Shown: one piece after another, positions 54,378 through 55,510 of the stretch
Position numbering within the stretch: the first letter of the stretch is position 1
Layout of the letters: each line of letters starts with the position of its first letter
IMG/VR virus record: IMGVR_UViG_3300049005_000023
Coordinates: 1 to 55,510 of that record
Reading direction: 5' to 3' (one strand)
Length of the DNA: 55,510 bases
Origin: a virus
Taxonomy: Duplodnaviria; Caudoviricetes
Notes under the pieces: model-generated
Told to the model about the DNA's origin: nothing
The model's database searches: none
The model's input: only the letters and a program-made list of their open reading frames with translations
Made by a program: the position numbers and the translations under genes

Positions 54378-55510
54378 CGTTCCCCTACTATCCGGGTACT
54401 AGAGCCGTGGTCTATAACGGCGATTGCCTGGATATTCTGAAGACGTTGCCGGACGCAAGCGTCGATGCGGTTGTGACAGACCCGCCCTACGGGATCCGGT
54501 TCATGGGCAAGCCGTGGGACGGGCTCGACATCGAGGCCGGCGTCGAGCTCCGGCGATCGCAGGCCGCGATGCCCAACGACGGCAAGGCTGGAGTGAATGG
54601 CGGCTACCGGTCGGCAGCGACCGAGGCTGGTCGGTACGACCTGTCGATGACGGCGAACCAGACGTTCCAGGCATGGTGCACCGAGTGGACCACCGAGTGC
54701 CTGCGCACCCTCAAGCCGGGCGGCCACCTGCTCAGCTTCGGCGGTTCCCGCACCTGGCATCGGCTCGCGTCCGCGGTCGAGGATGCCGGCTTCGAGATCC
54801 GTGACTCGATCGCCTGGCTGTACGGGTCGGGATTCCCGAAGTCTCTCGACGTGTCCAAGGCGATCGACCGACGCCTCGGTGCAGCGGACGAAGACCCTTC
54901 CCCGAGCACACCTGAAGGGCGGCAGTGGGAGGGCTGGAGCACTGCGCTGAAGCCCGCGTTCGAGCCGATCGTCGTCGGTCGCAGACCCCTCATGAGCACG
55001 GTCGCGGCGAGCGTGCTGGAGCATGGCACCGGGGCACTCAACATCGACGCGTGCCGGACGCCTGCCGGACGGGACTATGCCGACAAATGCGCCTCGGTCG
55101 TAGGTCTGGGCTCCAACCGCAGCGGCGACACATACGGCGAGTGGACCGGGGTTCGCGAGGACAGCGCCTCTCCCGCTGGACGCTGGCCGACAAACGTCGT
55201 ACTAGACGAGACCCAGGCTGCCGAGCTGGACGAACAAGCCGGAATCAGACGCCCTGGAGAGCGGCCCGCCAACCGCGCTGGGCTCGGCTATAACGGCGGC
55301 GCCACCGGAACAACAGCCAGCCGTGTCGTACTGGACTCAGGCGGCGCATCCCGGTTCTTCCCCGTATTCCGCTACCAGGCCAAGGCGCCCGCCAAGGAAC
55401 GCCCGAGAGTTGACGGGGTCGCGCACCCAACCGTGAAGCCGCTCGAGCTGATGCGCTGGCTCGTACGTCTTGTTACACCACCCGGCGGTGTGGTGCTGGA
55501 GCCTTTCGCC
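54374..55510 (+). CDS. N6-adenine/N4-cytosine DNA methyltransferase (beta class), N-terminal part; ends at 265 across the junction (about 424 aa)
   Basis: Manual translation MTFPYYPG...GDCLD.L..LPD.SVD.VVTDPPYG..FM; LKPGG.L; missed by the ORF track because it runs off the window. Confidence 0.92.
   Translation, partial: MTFPYYPGTRAVVYNGDCLDILKTLPDASVDAVVTDPPYGIRFMGKPWDGLDIEAGVELRRSQAAMPNDGKAGVNGGYRSAATEAGRYDLSMTANQTFQAWCTEWTTECLRTLKPGGHLLSFGGSRTWHRLASAVEDAGFEIRDSIAWLYGSGFPKSLDVSKAIDRRLGAADEDPSPSTPEGRQWEGWSTALKPAFEPIVVGRRPLMSTVAASVLEHGTGALNIDACRTPAGRDYADKCASVVGLGSNRSGDTYGEWTGVREDSASPAGRWPTNVVLDETQAAELDEQAGIRRPGERPANRAGLGYNGGATGTTASRVVLDSGGASRFFPVFRYQAKAPAKERPRVDGVAHPTVKPLELMRWLVRLVTPPGGVVLEPFA
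55384..55510. repeat. Copy of positions 1-127 (circular overlap)
   Basis: Exact sequence identity. Confidence 0.97.

Noticed and set aside
5380-55024. Many long antisense or alternate-frame ORFs (e.g. 5380..6801, 22490..23761, 35865..37460, 51123..52640, 53825..55024)
   Set aside because: Shadow ORFs expected at high GC; they overlap motif-supported genes and lack recognisable motifs

Overview
A complete, circularly assembled GC-rich actinobacterial siphovirus genome of about 55,383 bp; the last 127 nt duplicate the first 127 nt. The + strand arm (50800 through the junction to 10661) carries two DNA methyltransferases, WhiB, RNase H, a family-A DNA polymerase, a RuvC-like resolvase, an SNF2 helicase, a PD-(D/E)xK nuclease, an AAA ATPase and an SSB-like protein. 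The - strand arm carries a primase-helicase, about 9 kb of small accessory genes, terminase, portal, capsid, tail and lysis genes. I found no integrase or canonical CRISPR array. The main finding is a compact, apparently RNA-guided locus just downstream of polA (3602-4988). It consists of a sigma70-type promoter, two tracts of 5-nt units (a GGY-like triplet plus a variable NN) separated by a tRNA-like T-arm element, a stand-alone Cas7/RAMP-like gene and a coupled wHTH gene. Read as a gapped code (NN-skip-NN, i.e. codon positions 1-2), tract 2 spells in antisense the terminase nuclease motif IDFGFTNPFVLQ, which this phage lacks. Tract 1 spells IRYGD(Q/H)MTAAG(H/Q), a variant of this phage's own polA segment IRYGDEMTGRGY, which begins in an anomalously AT-rich patch of polA. 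I infer programmable interference against competing phages. Also found: a dispersed CTATAG-N5-CTATAG operator in many promoters, an ACCGGGAG start-associated motif, several leaderless genes and a candidate ~195-nt ncRNA. All family assignments are by motif recognition; no database searches were run.
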